From the NCBI GenBank assembly GCA_963783305.1, contig CAWAMW010000002.1:544001-608000 (forward strand): a stretch of 64,000 nucleotides of DNA, in the 5' to 3' direction. This DNA comes from an uncultured Gemmatimonadales bacterium. Lineage in GTDB: Bacteria; Gemmatimonadota; Gemmatimonadetes; Longimicrobiales; RSA9. Both the position numbers and the translations under genes were made by a program. The notes under the pieces are model-generated. The model saw nothing but the letters and a program-made list of their open reading frames with translations, did not search any database and was not told where the DNA came from. Each line of letters begins with the position of its first letter. Within the stretch, counting starts at the first letter, position 1. Below, in pieces: positions 1 through 8,169 of the stretch.

Positions 1-88
1 GCGGGGTGGAGGATCATACATATGTTGGATAGCGGCCGTGAGCTCCGTCAGGCACATTTGGCGGGACTACTATCAACAAGGAGCGCGC

Positions 89-604
89 ATGCTGCCCGAC
101 CCCCTGCATCCCGCCGTGGTTCATTTTCCGATTGTCCTGTCCGCCCTCCTGCCAATCTTCGCGCTGGGCGCTCTCTGGGCAAATCGGCGGGGTGCCCATT
201 CCCGATGGACCTGGGCGATCCCGCTGGCCCTCTCGGCCGTCATGACCCTGAGCGGTTGGGTCTCCGTGGAGGCCGGTGAGGATCAGGGGGAGAGGGTGGA
301 GGACGTCGTGGGAGAATCGGCGCTGCACGAGCATGAAGAGGGTGGCGAGCGGTTCCTCGTCCTCTCCGGCCTCCTCCTCTTCGTCGCTGCGGCGGGTCTG
401 ATCGGCGGCACCGTGGGCACCGCCGGTCGGTACCTGACGACGGCCGGGTCGCTGGTCGTGCTCTGGGCAGGGGTCGCGGTGGGCAGCTCGGGCGGAGCGC
501 TCGTGTATGAGCACGGCGCCGCCGCGGCGTACGTCACGTCTCCGTCAGGGAACGCTCCGACGGCGGCCATTCAGGAAAACCACGAAGAGGAGGACGAACG
601 ATGA
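89..604 (+). CDS. DUF2231-like integral membrane protein
   Basis: ATG at 89 after AAGGAG; N-terminal LHPAVVHFPI motif, about 4 hydrophobic segments, GGALVYEHG near the C-terminus; stop overlaps next start (ATGA 601-604). Confidence 0.75.
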   Translation: MLPDPLHPAVVHFPIVLSALLPIFALGALWANRRGAHSRWTWAIPLALSAVMTLSGWVSVEAGEDQGERVEDVVGESALHEHEEGGERFLVLSGLLLFVAAAGLIGGTVGTAGRYLTTAGSLVVLWAGVAVGSSGGALVYEHGAAAAYVTSPSGNAPTAAIQENHEEEDER

Positions 605-1839
605 TCGGATTCCGACTGCCCGCCCCACTGACCCTGGCTGCATCCGCCACGGTCGTAACCCTTGTCGCGATCTTCCTCCTGCTCGCGAGCCCACCGCGCG
701 ACGCGGAAGCCATCCCGGCCTTCGCCCGCCAGTACAACGTCTCGTGCTCCCTCTGCCACGCACCGGCGCCGCGCCTCACGGAGTTCGGCGAGCAGTTCGC
801 CGCCAACGGATTCCGCCTGGCGCTCGAAGAAGAGCCGACGAAGGTGGTCGACACGGGCGACCCGCTCCTCCAGCTGATGGAAGATCTGCCGCTCGCGATT
901 CGGTTCGACGCGTACTTCCAGGCGCGCGCCGGCGGGGTTGGCCCCGAGACCGATTTCCAGACGCCCTGGGCCATCAAGCTGCTCTCCGGTGGCCGGGTCG
1001 CCGAGAAGGTCAGCTACTACATGTACTTCTTCATGTCCGAGCGCGGCGAGATCGCCGGACTGGAGGACGCGTTCATCCAGTTCAGCGACGTGGGCGGCAG
1101 CGGTGTCGACCTCCTCGTTGGCCAGTTCCAGGTCTCGGATCCCCTCTTCAAGCGGGAGCTCCGGCTGGAGTTCGAGGACTACCAGGCGTACCGCGTTCGG
1201 GTCGGTGAGACCCGCGCGGACCTCACCTACGACCGCGGGCTCCTGGCTGCCTTCTCACCATGGGAGGGCGCCGACGCATCGCTCCAGCTCCTCAATGGCC
1301 GCGGAATCGAACCCGCGGGTGAGCACCGGACCTACGACTCCGACAGCGGTAAGACCCTCGCCGCACGACTCTCCCAGGACCTTGGGACGTTCCGCTTGGG
1401 CGGCTTCGGCTACTACGGCGAGGAGACGACCGACGGGGTTCGCAACCGCATCCGCGTGCTCGGCCCCGACCTGAGCGTGGCGCTCGGACCCACTCTCGGG
1501 CTGAATGCACAGTACCTCTGGAGGGCAGACGACCGGCCGTTCTTCACCGATGCCGCCCCCACCGATACCGACGTCCAGATGGGCTTCGCCGAGCTGCTCT
1601 GGGCCCCGCAGGGGAACGCCGGGCGCTGGTTCTTCACCGCCCTCTACAACCATGTTGAGGCCGATTCACCGCTCTTCACGGTCCGACAGGGGGAAGCGGG
1701 GCTTCTGGAGAGCTACCGGTCCGGCGCGCTCGGAGCGAACTTCGTCATGGCCCGCAACGTTCGACTCACCAGCGAGATCCAGTACGACCTCGACCGCGAC
1801 GCCGCCCGCTTCGTGGCCGGCTTCATGTCCGCATTCTGA
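601..1839 (+). CDS. cyc2: Cyc2-like fused monoheme cytochrome c / outer-membrane porin
   Basis: Signal peptide then AIPAFARQY-NVS-CSLCH-APA-PRL-TEFGEQFAANGF, matching the Cyc2 AxPxFAR[QK][TY]..CxxCH..PxL signature; remainder amphipathic beta strands ending in Phe. Confidence 0.8.
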   Translation: MIGFRLPAPLTLAASATVVTLVAIFLLLASPPRDAEAIPAFARQYNVSCSLCHAPAPRLTEFGEQFAANGFRLALEEEPTKVVDTGDPLLQLMEDLPLAIRFDAYFQARAGGVGPETDFQTPWAIKLLSGGRVAEKVSYYMYFFMSERGEIAGLEDAFIQFSDVGGSGVDLLVGQFQVSDPLFKRELRLEFEDYQAYRVRVGETRADLTYDRGLLAAFSPWEGADASLQLLNGRGIEPAGEHRTYDSDSGKTLAARLSQDLGTFRLGGFGYYGEETTDGVRNRIRVLGPDLSVALGPTLGLNAQYLWRADDRPFFTDAAPTDTDVQMGFAELLWAPQGNAGRWFFTALYNHVEADSPLFTVRQGEAGLLESYRSGALGANFVMARNVRLTSEIQYDLDRDAARFVAGFMSAF

Positions 1840-1858
1840 CCGACTGCAGGAGGATACC

Positions 1859-2236
1859 ATGCGACTCTACACGATGCTCACCGCGCTCTCGATCGGCGCT
1901 CTCCTCGCGCTGCCTGGACTCGGCACGGCGCGGACCGCGGCCACGCAGGACCCCGGCGGTGAAAAGATCTTCCGGGGGAAGGGCAACTGCTTCACCTGCC
2001 ACGGCCCCGCCGGAAAGGGGACGCCGCTGGCTCCCGACCTGACCGACGATGTGTGGCTGGAGTTCGAGGGAACGCCCGCCCGCGCGGATATCGAGGACCT
2101 GGTGCGGCGCGGAGTGCCGCAACCGGTCCGCCATCCGGCCCCCATGCCCGCCATGGGCGGCGCACGCCTCAGCGATGACGAGATCACCGCGGTGGCCGAA
2201 TACGTCCTCTCTCTCAGCGGAGCTCCCGATGCATAG
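1859..2236 (+). CDS. Periplasmic class I monoheme cytochrome c
   Basis: ATG after AGGAGGA; signal peptide; CFTCH, APDL, distal Met in PMPAMGG, LSDDEITAVAEYV helix. Confidence 0.9.
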   Translation: MRLYTMLTALSIGALLALPGLGTARTAATQDPGGEKIFRGKGNCFTCHGPAGKGTPLAPDLTDDVWLEFEGTPARADIEDLVRRGVPQPVRHPAPMPAMGGARLSDDEITAVAEYVLSLSGAPDA

Positions 2237-2765
2237 CTGGACCCGGGCCATTCCTGCCCTGCCCGTCCTGCTGGCAGTCGCTGTCACGGGCGCCGCGTGC
2301 GGCAGCCCCGATGAGGCCCCGGAGATGGAGACGGCGGAAGTCACCAGGGTCGACTCGGGGAGCATCGCGGCCACCGGGGCGATGGACACGGCGGCGGCGG
2401 GGACGCGGGCAGCCCTTCCCTCCCTGTTCACCATCATGCTGGGCCTGCAGGGGGACCTCGACCGGATCAGCCACGGCCTCTGGACGGAGAGCTACGACAG
2501 CATCGCCGCGGCCGCCACGGGCGTGGCGGACCACCCGAGGGTCCCGCCCGAGGAGGCGTCCCTCATCGCGGGGATCCTCGGCTCGGACATGGCCCGCTTC
2601 CAGGCGCTGGACAGGGAGGTGCACGACCTCTCGGTGCAACTGGCCGAGCAGGCGCGAGCGCGGGACCTCGAGGCCGTTCTCGAGACCGACGCCCGGCTCC
2701 GCACGGGATGCGTAGAATGCCACACCACCTTCCGCGAGCGCCTGCGGGCAGGAGTGGATCGGTAG
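2229..2765 (+). CDS. Lipoprotein class II (c'-like) cytochrome c
   Basis: Hydrophobic leader with lipobox-like GAAC; helical body; C-terminal CVECH..FR; start overlaps previous gene. Confidence 0.8.
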   Translation: MHSWTRAIPALPVLLAVAVTGAACGSPDEAPEMETAEVTRVDSGSIAATGAMDTAAAGTRAALPSLFTIMLGLQGDLDRISHGLWTESYDSIAAAATGVADHPRVPPEEASLIAGILGSDMARFQALDREVHDLSVQLAEQARARDLEAVLETDARLRTGCVECHTTFRERLRAGVDR

Positions 2766-3919
2766 CCAGGGCAAGGGCCGCCGCCCCGCTGCTCTTCCTG
2801 TTCCTCGGAGGCGCGGCGGCGTGCGACCGCGACGGGACTCCCGACCGGGACCCCGCTTCGAGCGCCCCGGCCGCCACGGTCGCCACGGGCGACAGGAGCC
2901 CCGACGCCGCCACTCCCGGCTCTCCGCCGCGCCACGTGCTCATTCGGACGCCGGACGGCCCGACCGCCCGGGGTCTCGACAGCGCACACCTCGCCCGCGC
3001 CCTGGCGCTGGCCGACACGCTCCCGCGCCTGCGCTGCCTCATGATCGCGCGGCACGGGGAGACGCTGACGGAGCACTGCAGGCCGGGGTACGACCCCGCC
3101 GCTCCGGCGAACGTGAAGTCCGTATCGAAGAGCGTGCTCTCGGCACTGGTGGGGATCGCCATCGACGAGGGACACCTCGCCGGTGTGGAGCAGAGGCTGG
3201 TGCCGCTCCTGGAGTCCCATCTGGATACCCTCGCGGACCCGCGCAAGCGGGACATCACCATCGGGCACCTGCTGTCCATGCAGTCCGGTCTCGAGCGTAC
3301 CTCCGGTCGGAACTACGGTGCGTGGGTCAGCAGCCCCGACTGGGTGAGGGACGCCATCCGGCGACCCATGGAGGCGGATCCCGGCGGACGAATGCTCTAC
3401 AGCACCGGCAACTACCACCTCCTCTCCGCCATCCTCACGGACGCCACCGGGTCGAGCACCTGGGAGTATGCCCGGTCCCGGCTGGGCGACCCACTCGGGG
3501 TCCGCGTCCCGCGCTGGCCTACGGACCCTCAGGGCATCTACTTCGGGGGCAACGACATGCGGCTCTCTCCGCGCGCCATGGTCGCCTTCGGTGAGCTCTA
3601 CCGGAACGGTGGACGTAGCGGAGACGATCAGGTCGTGCCGGAAGACTGGGTCCGTAGTTCCCTGGAGCCCCGCACCCGCTCCCCCTGGAGCGGCAACCGC
3701 TACGGCTATGGCTGGTTCCTGGCCCGGGCGGGGCGGCACCCGATGTTCTTCGCCTGGGGCTACGGCGGCCAGTTCATCTTCGTGGTGCCGGACCTGGAGC
3801 TGACGGTCGTCACCACCTCCGACCCCGCCGCGCCCCGCGGGGGCGGCCACCTCCGCGCGATCCATGACCTGCTGGACAATGAGATCGTCCCGGCGGCCGA
3901 GGTCGGAAGCGGGGACTGA
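2708..3919 (+). CDS. Serine hydrolase, beta-lactamase class C / 6-aminohexanoate-dimer hydrolase family, probable lipoprotein
   Basis: SVSK (SxxK), LLSMQSGL, YST, AWGYGGQ motifs; AAAC lipobox-like; exact start uncertain. Confidence 0.85.
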   Translation: MRRMPHHLPRAPAGRSGSVARARAAAPLLFLFLGGAAACDRDGTPDRDPASSAPAATVATGDRSPDAATPGSPPRHVLIRTPDGPTARGLDSAHLARALALADTLPRLRCLMIARHGETLTEHCRPGYDPAAPANVKSVSKSVLSALVGIAIDEGHLAGVEQRLVPLLESHLDTLADPRKRDITIGHLLSMQSGLERTSGRNYGAWVSSPDWVRDAIRRPMEADPGGRMLYSTGNYHLLSAILTDATGSSTWEYARSRLGDPLGVRVPRWPTDPQGIYFGGNDMRLSPRAMVAFGELYRNGGRSGDDQVVPEDWVRSSLEPRTRSPWSGNRYGYGWFLARAGRHPMFFAWGYGGQFIFVVPDLELTVVTTSDPAAPRGGGHLRAIHDLLDNEIVPAAEVGSGD

Positions 3920-3954
3920 GATCCGACCACGGCTGGGCACGTTGCGTACTTCCT

Positions 3955-6906
3955 CTACCTGGAGGAGGCCGCCCCCGAGCGCAGCTCCTCGAAAAGCGCC
4001 GTCGTCTCCGCTTCGGGCTCCGCCTCCAGTTCGCGGCTCAGCAGTTCCACCACACGCGCATAATGACGGAGTGCCCGGGTCCTCTCTCCCGATCGGGCCC
4101 ATGCCGTCATGAGCCTCCGATGGACCTCCTCGTCCAGCTCCTCGCGCGCCGCAAGCGCCTCGTACACGCGGGCGGCCGCCGCCGGGTCGGTGGCCTCCAG
4201 CGCGGTGCCGAGCGCCAGGTGCAGCTCGACGGATGCCCGGCGGACGCCGTCACGGTGGGGATCGATCCAACGACCGACCGCCTCTCCCTCCAGCAGTTCG
4301 CCCCGACACAGCGCCAGCGCGTCCCGGATGGCATCCGCGTCAGCGACAGAGCGCTTCGTGACACGGGCCCTGGCCGTAAACTCCTCCACGTCGAAGCGGA
4401 TCCGCAGATCCGGCGAGAGCCGATATCGCTCCCCCTCCAGCACGATCCACTCGGGGTGCCTCAGCGCCTTCCGGAGATGGTGGAGCGTGACGTGGAAGCT
4501 GTTCTTGACCTTCGACCGCGGGCCCCCCGGCCAGAGCGCCTCGCCGATCTGGTCCCGGCTGCCGCCGAGCGGGTTCAGGAGCAGGTAGATCAGTAGCTCG
4601 CGGGGCTTTCCGTACGTGAAGCGCTCCGCCTCCAGCTCCTCTCCCTCCACACGCACGACGAGCGGCCCGAGCGCGTCCACCCGGAGCGCCGGCGATTCCT
4701 CGGTCTGCGGCGCGCGTCCCGCCTCCACACCGCCAGCCTTCACGCTCGCCGCGCCTTCGGACCGCGCCCCGTTCCCCCCGGAACGGGCACCAGCCGCCGT
4801 CGCAGTGGAATCGGAGCCGAACGGCTTTGCGTCCTCTGTACCCGCGACCAGCTCACCGAGGACGTCGTCCAGCGACAGCCGTCGCCCTTCCTCCCAGACG
4901 CGCTCGATTTCGTCGGCTCCCGCCGCCGCCTTCATCCGCACCACAGTTGCCGCGGCGCGCCGTGCGTCGAGGGGGAACGGGGTCGCACCGATCAGCTCAC
5001 GCGCCGCCTCGGCGGCTCCCATGAGCCGCGCCGCTTCCACCACACGACCCCGGCCTGCCGCGATCTCACCCATATAGGCGATCCCGATGGTGAGGAAGTA
5101 GAAGGAGGGATCGCGGCGGGAGGCCGTCAGGGCTTCCCGCACCAGCGCCTCGGCCTCTTCCAGTCGGTTTCGGGTGATCTGCACACCGGCCAGGTTCTGG
5201 AGCGCCACGGCAAGCTCCCGCTCCGCCCCGAAGAGCCGGGCCAGTCGAACGCCCTCACGGTTCAGCTCTTCGGCACGCTCGTATTCACCCCGGCCCATGG
5301 CACTGCTCCCCTGCAGCAGTGCGGCCAGGCGGAGCCCGTAGAGGTCGTCGTGGTCGCGGAACCAGGAGGCCGCCCGGCCGCAGAGGTCCATGGCGCGGGA
5401 ATCGCCCTCGCCGGCGTAGGTCATCCCCAGGTAGTTCGTCGCGTACGCCTCGAGACGCCCGTCACCCGCTTCCGCGGCCAGCGCTACGGCCTCCTCCAGG
5501 TCCGGGCGCGCCTCCGCCGCCCGGGCGCGCAGCGCAGCCAGCGCCCCGGCCGCGAAAAGCAGCGAAGCCCGCGCGTGGCCTCGCTCCGCGGCCTCCGGGA
5601 GCGCCCGCGCTCCGCGGATCCACCGGCCGGCCTCGGACCAGTGGCGGGTCGAGAACCAGAACCACCACAGCTTCCCGACCAGTCGGACGTGAAGCCCGCT
5701 ATCGTGATCGAAGCTCCACGCCAGCGCGGACCGGACATTGTCCATTTCCGGCTCCAGCCGCTCCACCCAGAACCGGCGCTCTCGCCGGATCAGGTGCGGC
5801 TCGGCCTCCACCACGCGCTCGAGCATGTACTCCGCGTGCCGGTGCCGCGTCTCCGCCTCTTCGCCGGCGCCCTTCAGCTCCTCCGTGGCGTACTGACGCA
5901 CCGCCTCCAGCAGGTGATAGCGCGCGAACCCGCCGTGCTCACGGACCACGAGCATCGAGCGGTCCACCAGGTGGGCGACCAGGTCGAGCACCTCCGGGCC
6001 CTCGATCTCACCCGCAGCCCCGACTCGCTCAGCTCCCTCCAGGCCGAACCCGCCCCGGAAGACTGCCACCCGCCGTAGAAGGACCCGCGCAGGCTCCCGC
6101 AGCAGGTCGTGGCTCCACTCGATCGTCGCCCGCAGCGTCCGATGCCGCGGCACCGCGATGCGGCTGCCCGACGTGAGGACCCCGAACACGTCGTCCAGCC
6201 GGGCCAGCAGGTCCGCCGGGCCCAGGACCTTCACCCGCGCCGCCGCGAGCTCGAGGGCCAGCGGAATGCCATCCAGACGGCGGCAGATCTCCGCCACAGC
6301 GCCAGCATTATTGTTATCGAGCGCGAAACCGGGCGCAACGTCACGGGCCCGCTCCACGAAGAGGCGCACCGCCTCCGAGCGCTCCGCCGCCTCGAGGGGC
6401 TCTCCGGTCCTGCCGTCCTCCGGCAGGGAGAGGGGCGGGACCAGCCATGCGCGCTCCCCCGGCACGCCCAGCGCCTCGCGGCTGGTGGCCAGCACCGCGA
6501 GGCCGGGGCAGCTCAGCAGCAGCTGGTGAACCGCCTCCGTGCAGGCGTCCACCAGGTGCTCGCAGTTGTCCAGCACCAGGAGCCCCTCATGGTCGCGGAG
6601 CAGACGCGCCAGGTCGTCCAGACCTCCCGCGCCCAACTCCTCGGCTCGCCGCACCGCCTCGGCGATCGTGGGCACCACCAGCGCGGGCTCACGAAGCGCC
6701 GCCAGCTCGACCCAGTCCACCGCACTCGACCAACGCGGGTCGCTTACCAGTGCCAGCGCCAGCCGCGTCTTTCCACTCCCGCCGGCGCCCGTGAGCGTGA
6801 CCAGCCTCGAGCGCGCGACGAGCTCCGCGATCTGCTCCAGCTCGGGCCCACGGCCGATGAAGCTGGTCAGCTCCGTGGGAATTCCGTACGGGTGTCGCTG
6901 CTTCAT
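3955..6906 (-). CDS. STAND (NB-ARC-like) ATPase-TPR transcriptional regulator with C-terminal wHTH/BTAD (SARP-type) module
   Basis: TSFIGR, GAGGSGKT, LLVLDNCEH, LDGIPLALELAAAR; C-terminal LWP..NSFHVTLHHLRKAL and EEVHRRLMTAWARSGERTRAL. Confidence 0.85.
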   Translation of the reverse strand: MKQRHPYGIPTELTSFIGRGPELEQIAELVARSRLVTLTGAGGSGKTRLALALVSDPRWSSAVDWVELAALREPALVVPTIAEAVRRAEELGAGGLDDLARLLRDHEGLLVLDNCEHLVDACTEAVHQLLLSCPGLAVLATSREALGVPGERAWLVPPLSLPEDGRTGEPLEAAERSEAVRLFVERARDVAPGFALDNNNAGAVAEICRRLDGIPLALELAAARVKVLGPADLLARLDDVFGVLTSGSRIAVPRHRTLRATIEWSHDLLREPARVLLRRVAVFRGGFGLEGAERVGAAGEIEGPEVLDLVAHLVDRSMLVVREHGGFARYHLLEAVRQYATEELKGAGEEAETRHRHAEYMLERVVEAEPHLIRRERRFWVERLEPEMDNVRSALAWSFDHDSGLHVRLVGKLWWFWFSTRHWSEAGRWIRGARALPEAAERGHARASLLFAAGALAALRARAAEARPDLEEAVALAAEAGDGRLEAYATNYLGMTYAGEGDSRAMDLCGRAASWFRDHDDLYGLRLAALLQGSSAMGRGEYERAEELNREGVRLARLFGAERELAVALQNLAGVQITRNRLEEAEALVREALTASRRDPSFYFLTIGIAYMGEIAAGRGRVVEAARLMGAAEAARELIGATPFPLDARRAAATVVRMKAAAGADEIERVWEEGRRLSLDDVLGELVAGTEDAKPFGSDSTATAAGARSGGNGARSEGAASVKAGGVEAGRAPQTEESPALRVDALGPLVVRVEGEELEAERFTYGKPRELLIYLLLNPLGGSRDQIGEALWPGGPRSKVKNSFHVTLHHLRKALRHPEWIVLEGERYRLSPDLRIRFDVEEFTARARVTKRSVADADAIRDALALCRGELLEGEAVGRWIDPHRDGVRRASVELHLALGTALEATDPAAAARVYEALAAREELDEEVHRRLMTAWARSGERTRALRHYARVVELLSRELEAEPEAETTALFEELRSGAASSR

Positions 6907-6924
6907 TCAGCGGCTGGCTGCCTG

Positions 6925-6954
6925 AAAGGGAAAGGGGAGGCTGAGCGCCTCCCC
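6925..6954 (-). terminator. Probable intrinsic terminator
   Basis: Perfect 8-bp stem GGGGAGGC/GCCTCCCC (6934-6941/6947-6954) followed on the minus strand by TTTCCCTTT. Confidence 0.55.
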
Positions 6955-6995
6955 CCGTGCATCGCCTCCAATTTCGTTCGGACGCGGATCCGCGG

Positions 6996-7466
6996 TCAAT
7001 AGTCTTCTGACCCGGCGTTGAGCGCGATTCTCAACGCGGCGCACACCTTCTCCGGGTCGCCCCATTCGAGCCGGACCACCGGCCCGGCCCGGCCCGGATC
7101 ACTGCGCGCGAATTCCTCCGCGCGCTGCGCGAACGTGCCGTCGGCGGCCAGAGCGGGGCGGTCGAGCCCCAGCCCGTCGATCACGCCGCGGATCCACCCG
7201 TTCCATTCGTGCCCCGGAGTCCGAGCCGTCGCGTCCCCGAGTGGCGAACGCGGGGTCTCCGGCTCCACCACCCGGAACTCCAAGGCCAGTCGCATGAAGA
7301 GTCGCTCCCTCTCGCCCGCGCCGGCGGAGCCCAGCAGGAGCAGGACCGGCCACCCCGTGCCGGCCCTGCGGTACGGCGTCTCGGCCGCAGCCGTCTGCAC
7401 CACTGCGGCGACCACCCGCACCGGCTCTCCGACTTCGCCCACCGGACCTCCCGACGCGGTCGTCAC
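6996..7466 (-). CDS. Hypothetical protein resembling a degenerate N-terminal alpha/beta hydrolase fragment
   Basis: YRRAGTGWPVLLL and IDGLGLDRPAL segments; no GxSxG nucleophile motif. Confidence 0.5.
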   Translation of the reverse strand: MTTASGGPVGEVGEPVRVVAAVVQTAAAETPYRRAGTGWPVLLLLGSAGAGERERLFMRLALEFRVVEPETPRSPLGDATARTPGHEWNGWIRGVIDGLGLDRPALAADGTFAQRAEEFARSDPGRAGPVVRLEWGDPEKVCAALRIALNAGSEDY

Positions 7467-7475
7467 TGCGCCGCC

Positions 7476-8009
7476 TCACCACCCAACCCGGGTCAACGCC
7501 CTCGACATCCCGGTTGCCGGCACCGCCACGAAGCTGCCCTCCGCCTCGATCTCCCACCCGGGTCCGCCAGGCATGCCCATCGCGCTGAACTCGAACGTGC
7601 CGCGTACCACCCGCGCGCTGGACTCCGTGATCCGGATCGTCGCGCTTTCCGGGACGAAGAACTCCACCAGATCCTCGCCTTCTGACACGATGTGGAGGAT
7701 CGTCCACTCGCCGGCGTCGCCAGCCCCACCGATGGTGTAGCTGCCGGTCGCGGGTCGACTGGCTCCCGCCCTGCCGATGACCACCAGGTGTCGGGACTCC
7801 TCGTCACCCAGGACCGTCGCCCAGATCGGGTCGCCTTCCTCGTCCAGATCGCTGCCGAACACGGCCGGCCCTTCCACCGACTCCTCTATCGATCCGGTCA
7901 CCTCCATCTCGAACGCCGCCGTGATCAACTCCGGCTCGCTCGGATCGTCTCCGCACCCGACCACCACCGCCGTCAGTAGCACCATTCCCGCGATATGCCT
8001 GCGCATCAT
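7476..8009 (-). CDS. Hypothetical lipoprotein
   Basis: MMRRH + hydrophobic stretch + VVGC lipobox; beta-rich acidic mature part. Confidence 0.7.
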   Translation of the reverse strand: MMRRHIAGMVLLTAVVVGCGDDPSEPELITAAFEMEVTGSIEESVEGPAVFGSDLDEEGDPIWATVLGDEESRHLVVIGRAGASRPATGSYTIGGAGDAGEWTILHIVSEGEDLVEFFVPESATIRITESSARVVRGTFEFSAMGMPGGPGWEIEAEGSFVAVPATGMSRALTRVGW

Positions 8010-8169
8010 GAGCCCCCCGCAAAAAGGTTCAGCCGGCCCGCCAGGGCCGCCGGTTACGACATGAAGCTTGCACCCTGGCGATTAACGGCCGCTTAAACCC
8101 CGGCTCCGCCGCGGTGAGCGGCGTGGAACCTGCACTCCGGCGCGTGGACATTTACCGAACGAAGAACCC

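Noticed and set aside
601..1839. Claim that the organism is an iron oxidiser
   Set aside because: The Cyc2 motif alone does not establish function; cluster assignment and assays are needed
2708..3919. Antibiotic-resistance beta-lactamase
   Set aside because: Motifs fit the broad serine hydrolase/esterase branch; nothing specific for AmpC activity
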